IMG/VR virus record: IMGVR_UViG_2840949845_000002
Span: 1-64,000 of that record
Reading direction: 5' to 3' (one strand)
Length of the DNA stretch: 64,000 nucleotides
Source: a virus
Lineage: Duplodnaviria; Caudoviricetes
How positions within the stretch are numbered: position 1 is the stretch's first letter; each line of letters begins with the position of its first letter. The translations under genes were made by a program, and so were the position numbers. Positions 29,376-38,659 of the stretch are shown here, in pieces. Below the pieces are notes generated by a model. The model saw only the letters and a list, made by a program, of their open reading frames with translations. It was not told where the DNA came from and did no database searches.

Positions 29376-29702
29376 GTGTGCGAACCGCAATCGCCACCGG
29401 CGCGGCCCGGCGCATCGGGCGCGGCCCGGCGCATCGGGCGCGACGGCTTCCCGTTCGCCAAGGCGGGGGTGATCCTGTCCGGCCTGCTGCCGGTGGCGAA
29501 TCGGCAACCCGATCTGCTGAACGCCGCCGACCGGCAACGCGGCGCCCGGCTGATGGCGGCGCTCGACACCATCAACCAGCGGATGGGGCGGGACACGCTG
29601 GCGCCCGCCGCCACCATGGGCCGGGCGTGGCGCATGCGGCAGGAACAGCGGTCGCCCAGCTACACCACCAAACTGGACGATGTGCCGGTGGCGCGCGCCT
29701 GA
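29376..29702 (+). CDS. Stand-alone UmuC C-terminal (DUF4113) domain protein
   Basis: AKAGVIL..L...QPDLL...LMAALDTINQRMGR...WRMRQEQRSPSYTT; RBS GGAGG 29366-29370. Confidence 0.75.
   Translation: MCEPQSPPARPGASGAARRIGRDGFPFAKAGVILSGLLPVANRQPDLLNAADRQRGARLMAALDTINQRMGRDTLAPAATMGRAWRMRQEQRSPSYTTKLDDVPVARA
29400..29437 (+). repeat. 19-bp tandem duplication
   Basis: GCGCGGCCCGGCGCATCGG x2. Confidence 0.9.
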
Positions 29703-29892
29703 GTCGCTCGGCGGCCAGCTTGCGGGTGATTTTTCATCGGCGGTCAAACCAAAGCTGCGATATTGTGCGTGAGCCTATCCTTTGGCGATAGCTCCTGTGT
29801 ATTTAAGCAATCCATGCTTTTGAGTAAGCGGAAGACATTCTGGGTGATGCCGGCGGATCGGAAACGATCCATCTATTTTTCGAGGTGATGTC

Positions 29893-32238
29893 ATGATGGG
29901 AAGTATTGTTGGTTCTGTCTGGCGTGAACTTCGGGACCACCGGCGCAAAAACAAAGATATTATGGCGCTTTCTAGTGGATTTGGCTATAATGTATGCCGC
30001 CTATTCACCAACAAAAATTGGGTAGTACTGCCAATTAATTTCATGCTTTATACTATTATTTCTTGCATTGCTTCAGTCTATATACCGCTTTCTCTGGAGG
30101 AGTCACAGGCTGGAACCGTCAAGGACATTGCCAGCTACATAATTTCCGCGCAGGTAACTTTGGTTGCACTTGCGATCCCAGTCATTATAGCCGGTGCTCA
30201 ATTGCTGCTGAGCGCGCGGTCGGTCAAAGGGCGTGAATTCGATCTTGCTATTTTGCTTGATATTGGCAGGCCGCGTGAGATCACATCAAGCTCTCTTTTG
30301 CTCACTGCCGTGATGTTTTCTCTATTTTCATGGCCGCATGAAATCATCGCTGGTCCGATGCTAAGTGGTGCTCGTCCATATATTCTCGCTATTGCGGGGA
30401 TCTGGTTTCTGGCTAACTTGGCTGGTTATGTGCATTTCATCCATACCGCCCTTGATCTGGTCTCAAACGAGGGCCGCATCCGGCTGCGCAAGAGGGCAAT
30501 TGCTTGGTTCGGATTCGATGAGGAAATAGGCGACAATCGTCTTAGGGACCTCTGGTATGAGTTCCGCCAGGAACTTGAAGCGAGTGGTCTCGCCGGGACC
30601 TGGACCGTCGGGTGGGTGCCTCCCCTTAACGAGTCGTGGTTCGGATTTGCGCGCGCAGGTCGGATAAACGACGTCCGAACGACGGTTTTACGGATCGCGC
30701 TGCGCTGGCTTCGCTTCCGTAACGGTGACAAATCGACGGTGGTGGGGATTGCCTTTTATTTAGGGAGTGACTGCAAGTCTGGCCAACATTTCCTCGTAGA
30801 CAAGCGCCCGGATTTAATTGGTAGAATCTTACTGCGTTCATCCTTGAAAATCGGCGGGAGGGCGTCGTTTGGAAAGTCACGCTTTCGCCCAAGCGCGTTG
30901 CTGGAGGCTCTTGGGTCAGACGTGGAACATCAAATTCTTACTGGGACCCCTGCGGACGCTGATGCGGCGTTCAGCGAATTATTGGATATGCTGCATGTAC
31001 TGTTGCGGGCGTCGATGACCACGAATGGAAACTATGCAACGAAAAATCCGATGATGTCATTGCTGAGGAATTGGGTTGATCCGGTCCATTCCTTAAGTTG
31101 GGTCGCGGCAGGCGCTCTGCAAAAATCACCGGAATTTGCCTCTAACATCGCGGTGAAGCTGGCTCAAGCTTGTCGGCACGCGGTTACGGATAGATTCCCC
31201 CCTGAGATTGTTCGCGTCTTCGCGGAGGCGATAGGATTGCTGCTGTATCGCGTCTCTCGCCGCTCACATGAAGAAGGAAAAATTGAATCAATCGCACACC
31301 GCGAGTTCGTGAAACGGGGGGAGTGGGCGCTTGGATACCCACTGAACGCACTTTACCACGGGGCTGAATTTGACGATCCGTGGCGGGCTTTTCAACAGAG
31401 CGCCGAGACTCGGCTAATATTTGTTGGATTTCTGGCTTCCAACGTGAGCTATGTCGCATGGGTTAATGATTTGTACGCAGCAAGAAGCTATTTAACAGTA
31501 TTTGCAAATTATTCTAAAGATATTGATGCATCACGAGCGCCAATCGAATGGCGACGCATGCCCGATGATTTGTGGAAAAAGGACAGGGCGGAGGCCCGCA
31601 CTATTTTGAGTGAATATGGCTCTGAGGACACGGCCATGGCTAATTGGCGGCGACAGGTATTGATAGATCGCTTGTTGCTGGCGCAGTTGGTTTGGGCGCA
31701 ATGGATCGCTGAAGGCGCGCGCACGGATGATGAGTGGATAAAGCTCGTAACACGTCTTTCCAAAATTATTCGAGGTGATAAATATAGTATTTTTCGATAT
31801 TTTCTCTCATTCGGTCATATCTTTCGCCGCTTCGTCGCTATGTGTGAAACAACCGACCAAGACGATCACGAGACTATCAATGAATTTGTGAGCAGTATCG
31901 ACCGTGTGCGTGATTCCGATAAAGAGGGATTTTTTTATAGTGATGCTGTTCATCGAATAAAGGACCTTGTGCCTGGGTTAATCATACATGCCCTTGTCAC
32001 CTTCGACGCGCAAGGGATGCAAGGAGCTGTGAACGAAATCACGGAGGCCAAAAACTCTGGTATGATTGACGGCCAGAAAGCAAAAGAAATTTTCGATAGT
32101 CTTCATAGCATTTCTTGCGATCTGCCGAAGGGGATCGTGGAAACGCTCAGCCCACATTTCTCCGATTGGACGGAGCGACTCGCGGCGCTTCAAGTATCTC
32201 TTCTTGCATGTAGAAGGATTTTTGACAGTGATCGTTGA
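29893..32238 (+). CDS. Large hypothetical membrane protein (N-terminal ~4 TM), AT-rich moron
   Basis: 781-aa ORF on the strand opposite the flanking phage genes; visibly lower GC. Confidence 0.8.
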   Translation: MMGSIVGSVWRELRDHRRKNKDIMALSSGFGYNVCRLFTNKNWVVLPINFMLYTIISCIASVYIPLSLEESQAGTVKDIASYIISAQVTLVALAIPVIIAGAQLLLSARSVKGREFDLAILLDIGRPREITSSSLLLTAVMFSLFSWPHEIIAGPMLSGARPYILAIAGIWFLANLAGYVHFIHTALDLVSNEGRIRLRKRAIAWFGFDEEIGDNRLRDLWYEFRQELEASGLAGTWTVGWVPPLNESWFGFARAGRINDVRTTVLRIALRWLRFRNGDKSTVVGIAFYLGSDCKSGQHFLVDKRPDLIGRILLRSSLKIGGRASFGKSRFRPSALLEALGSDVEHQILTGTPADADAAFSELLDMLHVLLRASMTTNGNYATKNPMMSLLRNWVDPVHSLSWVAAGALQKSPEFASNIAVKLAQACRHAVTDRFPPEIVRVFAEAIGLLLYRVSRRSHEEGKIESIAHREFVKRGEWALGYPLNALYHGAEFDDPWRAFQQSAETRLIFVGFLASNVSYVAWVNDLYAARSYLTVFANYSKDIDASRAPIEWRRMPDDLWKKDRAEARTILSEYGSEDTAMANWRRQVLIDRLLLAQLVWAQWIAEGARTDDEWIKLVTRLSKIIRGDKYSIFRYFLSFGHIFRRFVAMCETTDQDDHETINEFVSSIDRVRDSDKEGFFYSDAVHRIKDLVPGLIIHALVTFDAQGMQGAVNEITEAKNSGMIDGQKAKEIFDSLHSISCDLPKGIVETLSPHFSDWTERLAALQVSLLACRRIFDSDR

Positions 32239-32439
32239 TGGAGTCACAGGGAACGGCAACGTTGGGGCATAGACCGTCAATTTTGGGGTGATTCGGTCTG
32301 TCAGCCCCCTACAGGCAACAACTGTCCACCAAAACCGGATGGGTTCGTCCAATCGTCGGGACAAGAGTGCTTCAGCGGCCTCTACCGTGGGCTGGCGGTG
32401 GGATGGTCGCCGCGCCCACGGTTGGGGGTGGTGGGGTGG

Positions 32440-33252
32440 TTATTCGGTTTCTCGGTCGGGGCGGAAGGCCTTTTGCATCGCGATGGTGGCGTCGAGGATG
32501 CGCAGGCCGATGGTTCGGTCGATTTCTCTGGCGACCAGGGTGCGCATGGTCTTGATGACGCGCAGGTCGGAATTGGTCAGGGGGCTGGACAGCAGGGGGT
32601 TGGGGTCCAGGTCGGTGTCGATGCCGCGACGCCAGAAATCCGCCGCCTTGCACGCGGCGCAGAAAGGCGGGTTGCGGGTTTCGGGGATTGAGTTCGCGCC
32701 GATCGGCGGCGTCAGCAGCGCGCGCAGCCGGATCTGGTCGTCGCGTCCCAAGCTGCGGTAGGCCATGACCATCGATTCTTCCTCGGGCGCCAGCGTGCCG
32801 GGCAATCCGGTGGTTCTGGCGCCGGTCGCGGCGTCGAACACTTCGACCATCTGGATCGTCACCAACGCGGAGCGTTCGGTGTCCGACTTCGCCGTGATGT
32901 AGAGCGCTTGCTTTTTGGTGAGGTGGAAGGCGCCTTTGCTCGGGCGTCCACGTCGGCGGGGAAACTCCGCCGTGCGGCGGAGTTTCCGATCAGCGTCGGA
33001 AATAGGTTCATCTGGAGTGTGCGGCGCCTGCCGCGAACTGCGATTTTCCGGGACATCCCGGAAAACCTCTCCGAAGGTCATGAGCGCGGCCATGTGGCGT
33101 TCGATCAACCGACGAATATCATGAGGGTCCACCATCCCCAACGCTTCGGCAAGCCGGAGGTCGCGGATGCGCGGCTCGTGATTGATCGTGGTGTCGATGT
33201 CGGTCGGTGATAACGCGGGCAAGGCTTGCCCGTTGTCGCCCATGATGTTCAT
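32440..33252 (-). CDS. Antirepressor-like protein (copy 1)
   Basis: EPRIRDLRLAEALG...RGRPSK..HLTKKQALYI; preceded by a C4-like leader. Confidence 0.7.
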   Translation of the reverse strand: MNIMGDNGQALPALSPTDIDTTINHEPRIRDLRLAEALGMVDPHDIRRLIERHMAALMTFGEVFRDVPENRSSRQAPHTPDEPISDADRKLRRTAEFPRRRGRPSKGAFHLTKKQALYITAKSDTERSALVTIQMVEVFDAATGARTTGLPGTLAPEEESMVMAYRSLGRDDQIRLRALLTPPIGANSIPETRNPPFCAACKAADFWRRGIDTDLDPNPLLSSPLTNSDLRVIKTMRTLVAREIDRTIGLRILDATIAMQKAFRPDRETE

Positions 33253-33311
33253 GGCGATGGCCTCCTGTGCGGCATTGCCGACGGAGGGCTGCTTTCTAGG
33301 ACAACCCTGGC

Positions 33312-33386
33312 GCCGGGGGCTAGAAACCTGTCACAGGTCAGGCCGGACTATTCCCCTTGCGGGTCTTGTATTATCCGACCCCCGGC
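33312..33386 (-). ncRNA. C4 antisense RNA (copy 1)
   Basis: CCGGGGG...CCCCCGG closing stem, CCCGCAAGGG hairpin, loops CCTGTGA/GGTTTCTAG complementary to flanking targets. Confidence 0.75.
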
Positions 33387-33490
33387 AAAGGGGTATGCAC
33401 CGGACGGACTCCGGGCACGAAAATGGCCGCATCGCGAAAAACGCGCGGACGGCCTGCCGCCTGTAAGGAGGTTTCTAAGCTCCGGGGCGA

Positions 33491-33519
33491 AGAATGGCTC
33501 CGCTGGGCGGCAGGGTCAA
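33491..33519 (-). promoter_or_regulatory. sigma70-type promoter of the C4/antirepressor operon 1
   Basis: TTGACC-17bp-CATTCT. Confidence 0.5.
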
Positions 33520-33762
33520 GGGCGTCCCGTCAACGCGGCGTGGACTCGCGTGTATTTCTGTGAAAGAACGCAACCAATCTTTCCGGTCCTTGCACCTGGG
33601 CCAGTCGGACCGACGCGGCGAGTCAGCGCTGCGCCGGCTGGGCAACTGTCGCCCTCTGATACGGTCGCGCAACGCGGAGAAGGGGCCACCGGCGGCCGGA
33701 AAGACCATCGTTCGCGTGGCGATGGGGTGATCGCGACACCCCGCCGCGATTGCGCGCCCGGC

Positions 33763-34533
33763 TCATGCCCCCAGCGAGGCGTTGTGCAGGGCGATGACGT
33801 GACGAACGATGTCGGCGGCGGCGGGATCATGGGGCACCACCACCAGCAGCGTCAGCGCCGTGCCGGTTCCCCAATCGACCAGGATGGCCCCCGGATCGCT
33901 GGCGGCGTTGGACCAGGGGCGGTTGATCGCCGCCTGGACGCCAACCGGCTTGGGCGGCTCCACGCTGGGCGGCGGCGGCGACTCGGCGTCGATGAGCGGC
34001 GGCGGCAGGGCGGGACCGTCCGCGTTCGGCCAGATCGCGGCGCCGGTTGGCCGCTGGGGCGGCGGTTCGGCCCCGGAAAACAGATCGGCCGGACGCGGCC
34101 CGGCAGCCGGTTCAGGCTTGGGCGCCTTGAACGCCTCCACCTCCGCGCGGGTCACGTCGGGGCGGATCACGCCCTGCGCGACCGCCTCCTCGCGCACCTC
34201 CTCAGGCAGGGTGGCTATGACGTAGAGCGTGCTGTAGGCCTCCGGCAACTGGTCCAGCGGCACCTTCCCCGCATCGACGAATTCCGCCACCTCGCGCAGC
34301 TTGCGCGCGGTGGACGGGCCGAACGGCAGGTCGGCCTGCACCATCGCCTCATACTCGCCGTGGGGCAGAGCGGCTTTCGCCTCGTTCAGCCGTCGGCCCA
34401 CCTGCACGGTGGATTCCAGGGCGTTGGTCCATTCGCGGCGGATGTCGGCCACGAACTCCGCGCGGCTGGTCAGCGCGCGCGGCGCGTTCAGCATCGAAAG
34501 CCGGGTGTTCCCCAAACGGCGGGCGTTGGTCAT
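33763..34533 (-). CDS. DUF3102-like domain protein
   Basis: VGRRLNEAKAALPHGEY...STLYVIATLP. Confidence 0.7.
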   Translation of the reverse strand: MTNARRLGNTRLSMLNAPRALTSRAEFVADIRREWTNALESTVQVGRRLNEAKAALPHGEYEAMVQADLPFGPSTARKLREVAEFVDAGKVPLDQLPEAYSTLYVIATLPEEVREEAVAQGVIRPDVTRAEVEAFKAPKPEPAAGPRPADLFSGAEPPPQRPTGAAIWPNADGPALPPPLIDAESPPPPSVEPPKPVGVQAAINRPWSNAASDPGAILVDWGTGTALTLLVVVPHDPAAADIVRHVIALHNASLGA

Positions 34534-34534
34534 G

Positions 34535-35155
34535 TCAGATCCCCATCTCTTCGGCCAAATAGGCCCACAGGTCGCGGAACAAGGGGCCGGTGCGGGTTCC
34601 GGCGATCTCCGCCGTTCCCAGCCCGGCGGTGAAGCTGCGCGGCACCTCCTGAAGCTGGGGGATCATGACCGGGGCCAGAGTCCCCATCCTCCCCACGATC
34701 TCCCGCGCGTCCACGGTCTCGCGCAGGCGCGGCTGGATCTGGCTCAACAGCAACCGAATCGGGCGACGCCGGGCGCGCAGATAGGGGAGCATCGCGTCCA
34801 TGCTGACCAGATCCTCCGGGCCGGGGCGCACGGGGGCCAGCACCAGATCGGCGGAGTCGAACAGGATCGCCGTCGGGCCGGGGAAGACCTCAATCGCCGT
34901 CGGCGTGTCGATCACCAGCAGATCCAGCCCGTCGGGCGTCGGGGCGCGGTCGATCGCCGACAACAATCGGTGTTCATGCGCGATCACCACCGCGTCGCCG
35001 GGCCGCTGGCCATGCCAGAAGGTCAGCGACCCTTGCGGATCCGTGTCCAGAGTTCCCACCCGCAGCCCTGCCACCGCCGCCGCCACCGCCAGATTCCGCG
35101 CCGTCGCCGTTTTCGGCCCGCCGCCCTTGCCCTGAACCACCAGGATGGTTTTCAT
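34535..35155 (-). CDS. parA: ParA family ATPase
   Basis: KGGGPKT deviant Walker A, LDTDPQGSL, LVIDTP. Confidence 0.85.
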   Translation of the reverse strand: MKTILVVQGKGGGPKTATARNLAVAAAVAGLRVGTLDTDPQGSLTFWHGQRPGDAVVIAHEHRLLSAIDRAPTPDGLDLLVIDTPTAIEVFPGPTAILFDSADLVLAPVRPGPEDLVSMDAMLPYLRARRRPIRLLLSQIQPRLRETVDAREIVGRMGTLAPVMIPQLQEVPRSFTAGLGTAEIAGTRTGPLFRDLWAYLAEEMGI

Positions 35156-35279
35156 CGCCGCGCCCCCCGCCGGAAACCGTTCACCGGGGAACGATTCCCC
35201 GCCCCCACCGGGCGCGCGCCGTCGCGCGTCCGGCCCATTGATCCATCGAATGGCATCTCTCGCGCTCCAAAGGCTGGAA

Positions 35280-36065
35280 TCAGTGGGACGTGAAGTGCGG
35301 AGCGCCCGCGCGCCATTGCGTGGTCTTGACCGACAGGATTTCGCCGATCTGGTCGCGCACATCCGCCTTGCCGGTGACGTCCCACAATTCCGCCATCACC
35401 CGGTTGATCTCGACCATCAACTCCGTCGCCCGTTCCAACGCGATCTGGACGTCCACCGGCAGAGCCAGAAAGCCGGGCGCCCAGGTCGGCGGGGAGAGTC
35501 TCGACCGGATTTGCGGCCGCGCCGTCAGTTGGGGACGGCGCCGCCCCCCTTGGATGACGGGTTGGATCGGCTGGCCCCGCCGCAGCGCGTCGAGGGCGGC
35601 GCCGGTCAGCGTGTTGCGGACCCGCGTTTCCTCCAGCGCGGCGGCCATGCGGGCGCGCTCGTCGATCCGATCCAGGTCGGCCTTGGTCAGCGCCGGGACG
35701 GGCGGCGGCGACGCCCGACCGCTGGTCACGGTGTCGAACACCTCGACGATCTGGATCGTGATCTCGGTCGCCCGTTCCGTCTCGGCCTTGGTCGCGATGT
35801 AGATCGCCTGTTTCTTCGTCAGCCAGAATTCGGCGGCGGGGCGCCCGCGTCCGGGATTTTTCCGCACGGTGCGGAAAATTCCGCCAAGCCGCTCCAGCGC
35901 CTCTCGGTGGCGCTCAATCAGCGGGCGGATATCAGCGGAACGCTTGAAACCCAGCGCTTCGGCCAAGCGCAGATCCAGAATGCGCGGCTCGCCGTTGATG
36001 GTGGTGTCGATGTCGGACTGTGATAATCCGGGCAAAGCTTGCCCGTTGTCGCCCATGCTGTTCAT
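35280..36065 (-). CDS. Antirepressor-like protein (copy 2, paralog of 32440-33252)
   Basis: Near-identical N-terminus MN.MGDNGQALP.LS..DIDTTIN.EPRI.DLRLAEALG. Confidence 0.7.
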   Translation of the reverse strand: MNSMGDNGQALPGLSQSDIDTTINGEPRILDLRLAEALGFKRSADIRPLIERHREALERLGGIFRTVRKNPGRGRPAAEFWLTKKQAIYIATKAETERATEITIQIVEVFDTVTSGRASPPPVPALTKADLDRIDERARMAAALEETRVRNTLTGAALDALRRGQPIQPVIQGGRRRPQLTARPQIRSRLSPPTWAPGFLALPVDVQIALERATELMVEINRVMAELWDVTGKADVRDQIGEILSVKTTQWRAGAPHFTSH

Positions 36066-36124
36066 GGCGATAGCCCCCTTGTCGGCATTGCCGGCGGAGG
36101 GCCGCTTGTCACGACGACCCTGGC

Positions 36125-36199
36125 GCCGGGGGCTGACAACCTGACAAGGACAGGCCGGACTATTTCCCTTGCGGGTGTTGCATTCATCCGTCCCCCGGC
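36125..36199 (-). ncRNA. C4 antisense RNA (copy 2)
   Basis: Same fold as copy 1; loops CCTTGTCA/GGTTGTCAG match their own flanking targets. Confidence 0.75.
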
Positions 36200-36430
36200 A
36201 TAGGGGCATGCGCCGGACAGAATCCGGGCATGAAAATAGCCGCATCGCGAAAAAACGCGCGGGCGGCTTGCCGCCTTGTCATGGAGTTGTCAGGCTCCGG
36301 GGGGAAGAGTCGCTCCGTTGGGTGGGCCGCGTCAAGGGGCGCAGTGTTGCATTTTCCGCGAACGGTGCGCGGAAATTCCGGCAAACCGTTCCAAATCTCC
36401 TGCTGCAGTATTTACACGAGAAAAGCGCTT

Positions 36431-38656
36431 TCAAAGACGAACAGGAATATCAATAACCGGCGCAAGTTGCTCAAGTGTAGTTCTGTAACGGCGCACCACC
36501 TGATCGTAGATGTCTGGCACTCGTGGAGCTTTTACAGTTACGATAAGTGCATACCTCAGCTTTTCGGCGGGCCTAAAATCTTGTCCGCCTGCTCGAGCGT
36601 TATAGTGGATATCAAAAACAGGATCTTTCAAGCTCTTTCCTCGGAATGACTGGGTATGATGCAAACAGTTATCCCACTTGTGTGCGTCGCGACGTAGTTC
36701 ATCCTCAGTGGCATAGAGCTTGCCCTGCTTAAAGAAGCTTGTTGTTTTAGGGTGTATGGATTCCCCATCAATCTTATCTTTATTTGGTCGGAATAATACC
36801 TCAAGTCCTGCTCTTGTATAGTTGCTTGGGTGATGTGGATCTACAGTGGATGCGTAGCAAATCGTTGCTGATATCTCAACCATTCCACTTAATTGATCGG
36901 CTGGGACAGGAATTTGAGCTCTGATGTATTTGGATGCGCTTATTTCACCCTGGTAAACAACCCGAACCACGCCGGGAGCGCACACAACAATTTCCTCAAG
37001 ATCCCGAGCTACGCGTCCCCAGCCAACTTCCGTACGTGGATAGCCGCTCGGGGTGCTCGTATGAACAAGCAGTGCATTGATCGCCAACCCTCGGAGAGAA
37101 TCGCCAAAGTGAGCCCTGATGCCCATCCCCATGCGCATTGTGTCTGGAGCGGCAAAGCTTGTCCCACCGGTCGGCATGAGTGTTGGGACTGAGCCAGGCC
37201 CCAGCACCAGATAGGGCTCGGCTATAGAACCACCGAAGCTGACGAGCGAGGGCTTGACTCGACCAGGGCTTCTTCCTGGACCTATTGAACTGTAGGGTGC
37301 CCTTTTCCATGCAGAACTGCGAGAATCAGCAGCGCCAATTGATAATGCATTGACACAATCAGCTGGAACTTGAATGCGGTTGTAACCGTTATCCGCGTCG
37401 CGCTCTCCTCCATTTCCTACCGCGATAGTCGCCAGGGTTTCACCATCTGATAGGTATTCATCAAGAACTGCTGTCCACGCGTGGATCTCATCATCCTCGA
37501 CTGGCAACTCTGGGCCGATACTAAAGTTGATAAAATCATAACGCTTACTTGCGAGTGCATCTTGAATACGCTGCAATGTTTCATAAAGCTCCAACGGATT
37601 TTGGTTCAGATCTCCGTCAAGAACTCTGTAGTGATCAACTCGTGCATACGGAAGGGGTAAAGGAAGTCCAGGCGTAATATGGCCGAAAAGAGCTGCCGAT
37701 GTCACATTAAGCCCGTGCTCAAGATAGTCGTCTTCAGCTGGACCAATGCCACTCGGTTCGATAGCTGTTGCCCAAGCAGAAACTGGATGATCATGAGGCA
37801 GTCCACCATCAAAGATGGCCGCCTTGATAGAAGGATCAATAGGCGGTCCTTTGGGCAATGCAATTGACGGCGTAGATGGGATTGACGACGAACGGAAAGG
37901 TGGTCGTAACAGCCGAAGCTTTGGCATTTCTCTAACCGCCCGAACAAAGCTATAGGCTGCTAGATATTCTGCTTGCTTGCGAGAAGCGCTGACAGGGACA
38001 AAGCTCACGCCCGACGATGTGATTCTATGATCAAGGTCTGGCTTAAATCCTAACCCGTGAACGTAATCAACAAAACCCTCTAGGACGAAAGAATCGACCA
38101 TTGATCCGCCACCATGCAGGGCCACTTCAAAGACAATTTCTTCCGATTCCGATGTAATACTCTTCAGTTTTTCGGCAGGTTCTGGTGCCGACAACTGTTC
38201 GATGGCGGTTAGTTCGTCAGCTCCCGACGATCCAGCCCACCAATCCGGGATTGACGTCGACCAGTCACGAAACGCTCGTCGAGATCCCGCGACGAAGAGC
38301 TCCGTCGTAAGAGCTTCCTCCGGTTCCCGGCCCTTGCTGCGCGCTGCTGGGAGTATTCTACGAGGACGACTTCCAACGGCTCGAAGGCCGACCGCTGTCA
38401 AGAGCTTGCCGGGAAAATAAGATTTCGCAATGTATTCTGGATGCAAGGTCATCCGCATAACAGCATGATCATGCGGACAAGCTTTCTCTGGTAGCGCATC
38501 AAGGCTCCTAACCGCTGCCGATAACATTGGCGTAAGGCGCGACTGCGCTTGAAAGAACGTGTATGGGGCCTGTTTATCAGGATTTCCTGTGCGAACGATT
38601 ACTGGCTCCGTTAATCGCTCACCCTTGCCCAGCAGAAAGTTTCTCTTGTTCGACAT
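36431..38656 (-). CDS. S8 family serine peptidase, IetS-like
   Basis: DGG, HG, GNGG, GTSFAAP catalytic motifs; AT-rich; directly downstream of an AAA ATPase. Confidence 0.88.
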   Translation of the reverse strand: MSNKRNFLLGKGERLTEPVIVRTGNPDKQAPYTFFQAQSRLTPMLSAAVRSLDALPEKACPHDHAVMRMTLHPEYIAKSYFPGKLLTAVGLRAVGSRPRRILPAARSKGREPEEALTTELFVAGSRRAFRDWSTSIPDWWAGSSGADELTAIEQLSAPEPAEKLKSITSESEEIVFEVALHGGGSMVDSFVLEGFVDYVHGLGFKPDLDHRITSSGVSFVPVSASRKQAEYLAAYSFVRAVREMPKLRLLRPPFRSSSIPSTPSIALPKGPPIDPSIKAAIFDGGLPHDHPVSAWATAIEPSGIGPAEDDYLEHGLNVTSAALFGHITPGLPLPLPYARVDHYRVLDGDLNQNPLELYETLQRIQDALASKRYDFINFSIGPELPVEDDEIHAWTAVLDEYLSDGETLATIAVGNGGERDADNGYNRIQVPADCVNALSIGAADSRSSAWKRAPYSSIGPGRSPGRVKPSLVSFGGSIAEPYLVLGPGSVPTLMPTGGTSFAAPDTMRMGMGIRAHFGDSLRGLAINALLVHTSTPSGYPRTEVGWGRVARDLEEIVVCAPGVVRVVYQGEISASKYIRAQIPVPADQLSGMVEISATICYASTVDPHHPSNYTRAGLEVLFRPNKDKIDGESIHPKTTSFFKQGKLYATEDELRRDAHKWDNCLHHTQSFRGKSLKDPVFDIHYNARAGGQDFRPAEKLRYALIVTVKAPRVPDIYDQVVRRYRTTLEQLAPVIDIPVRL

Positions 38657-38659
38657 GTT

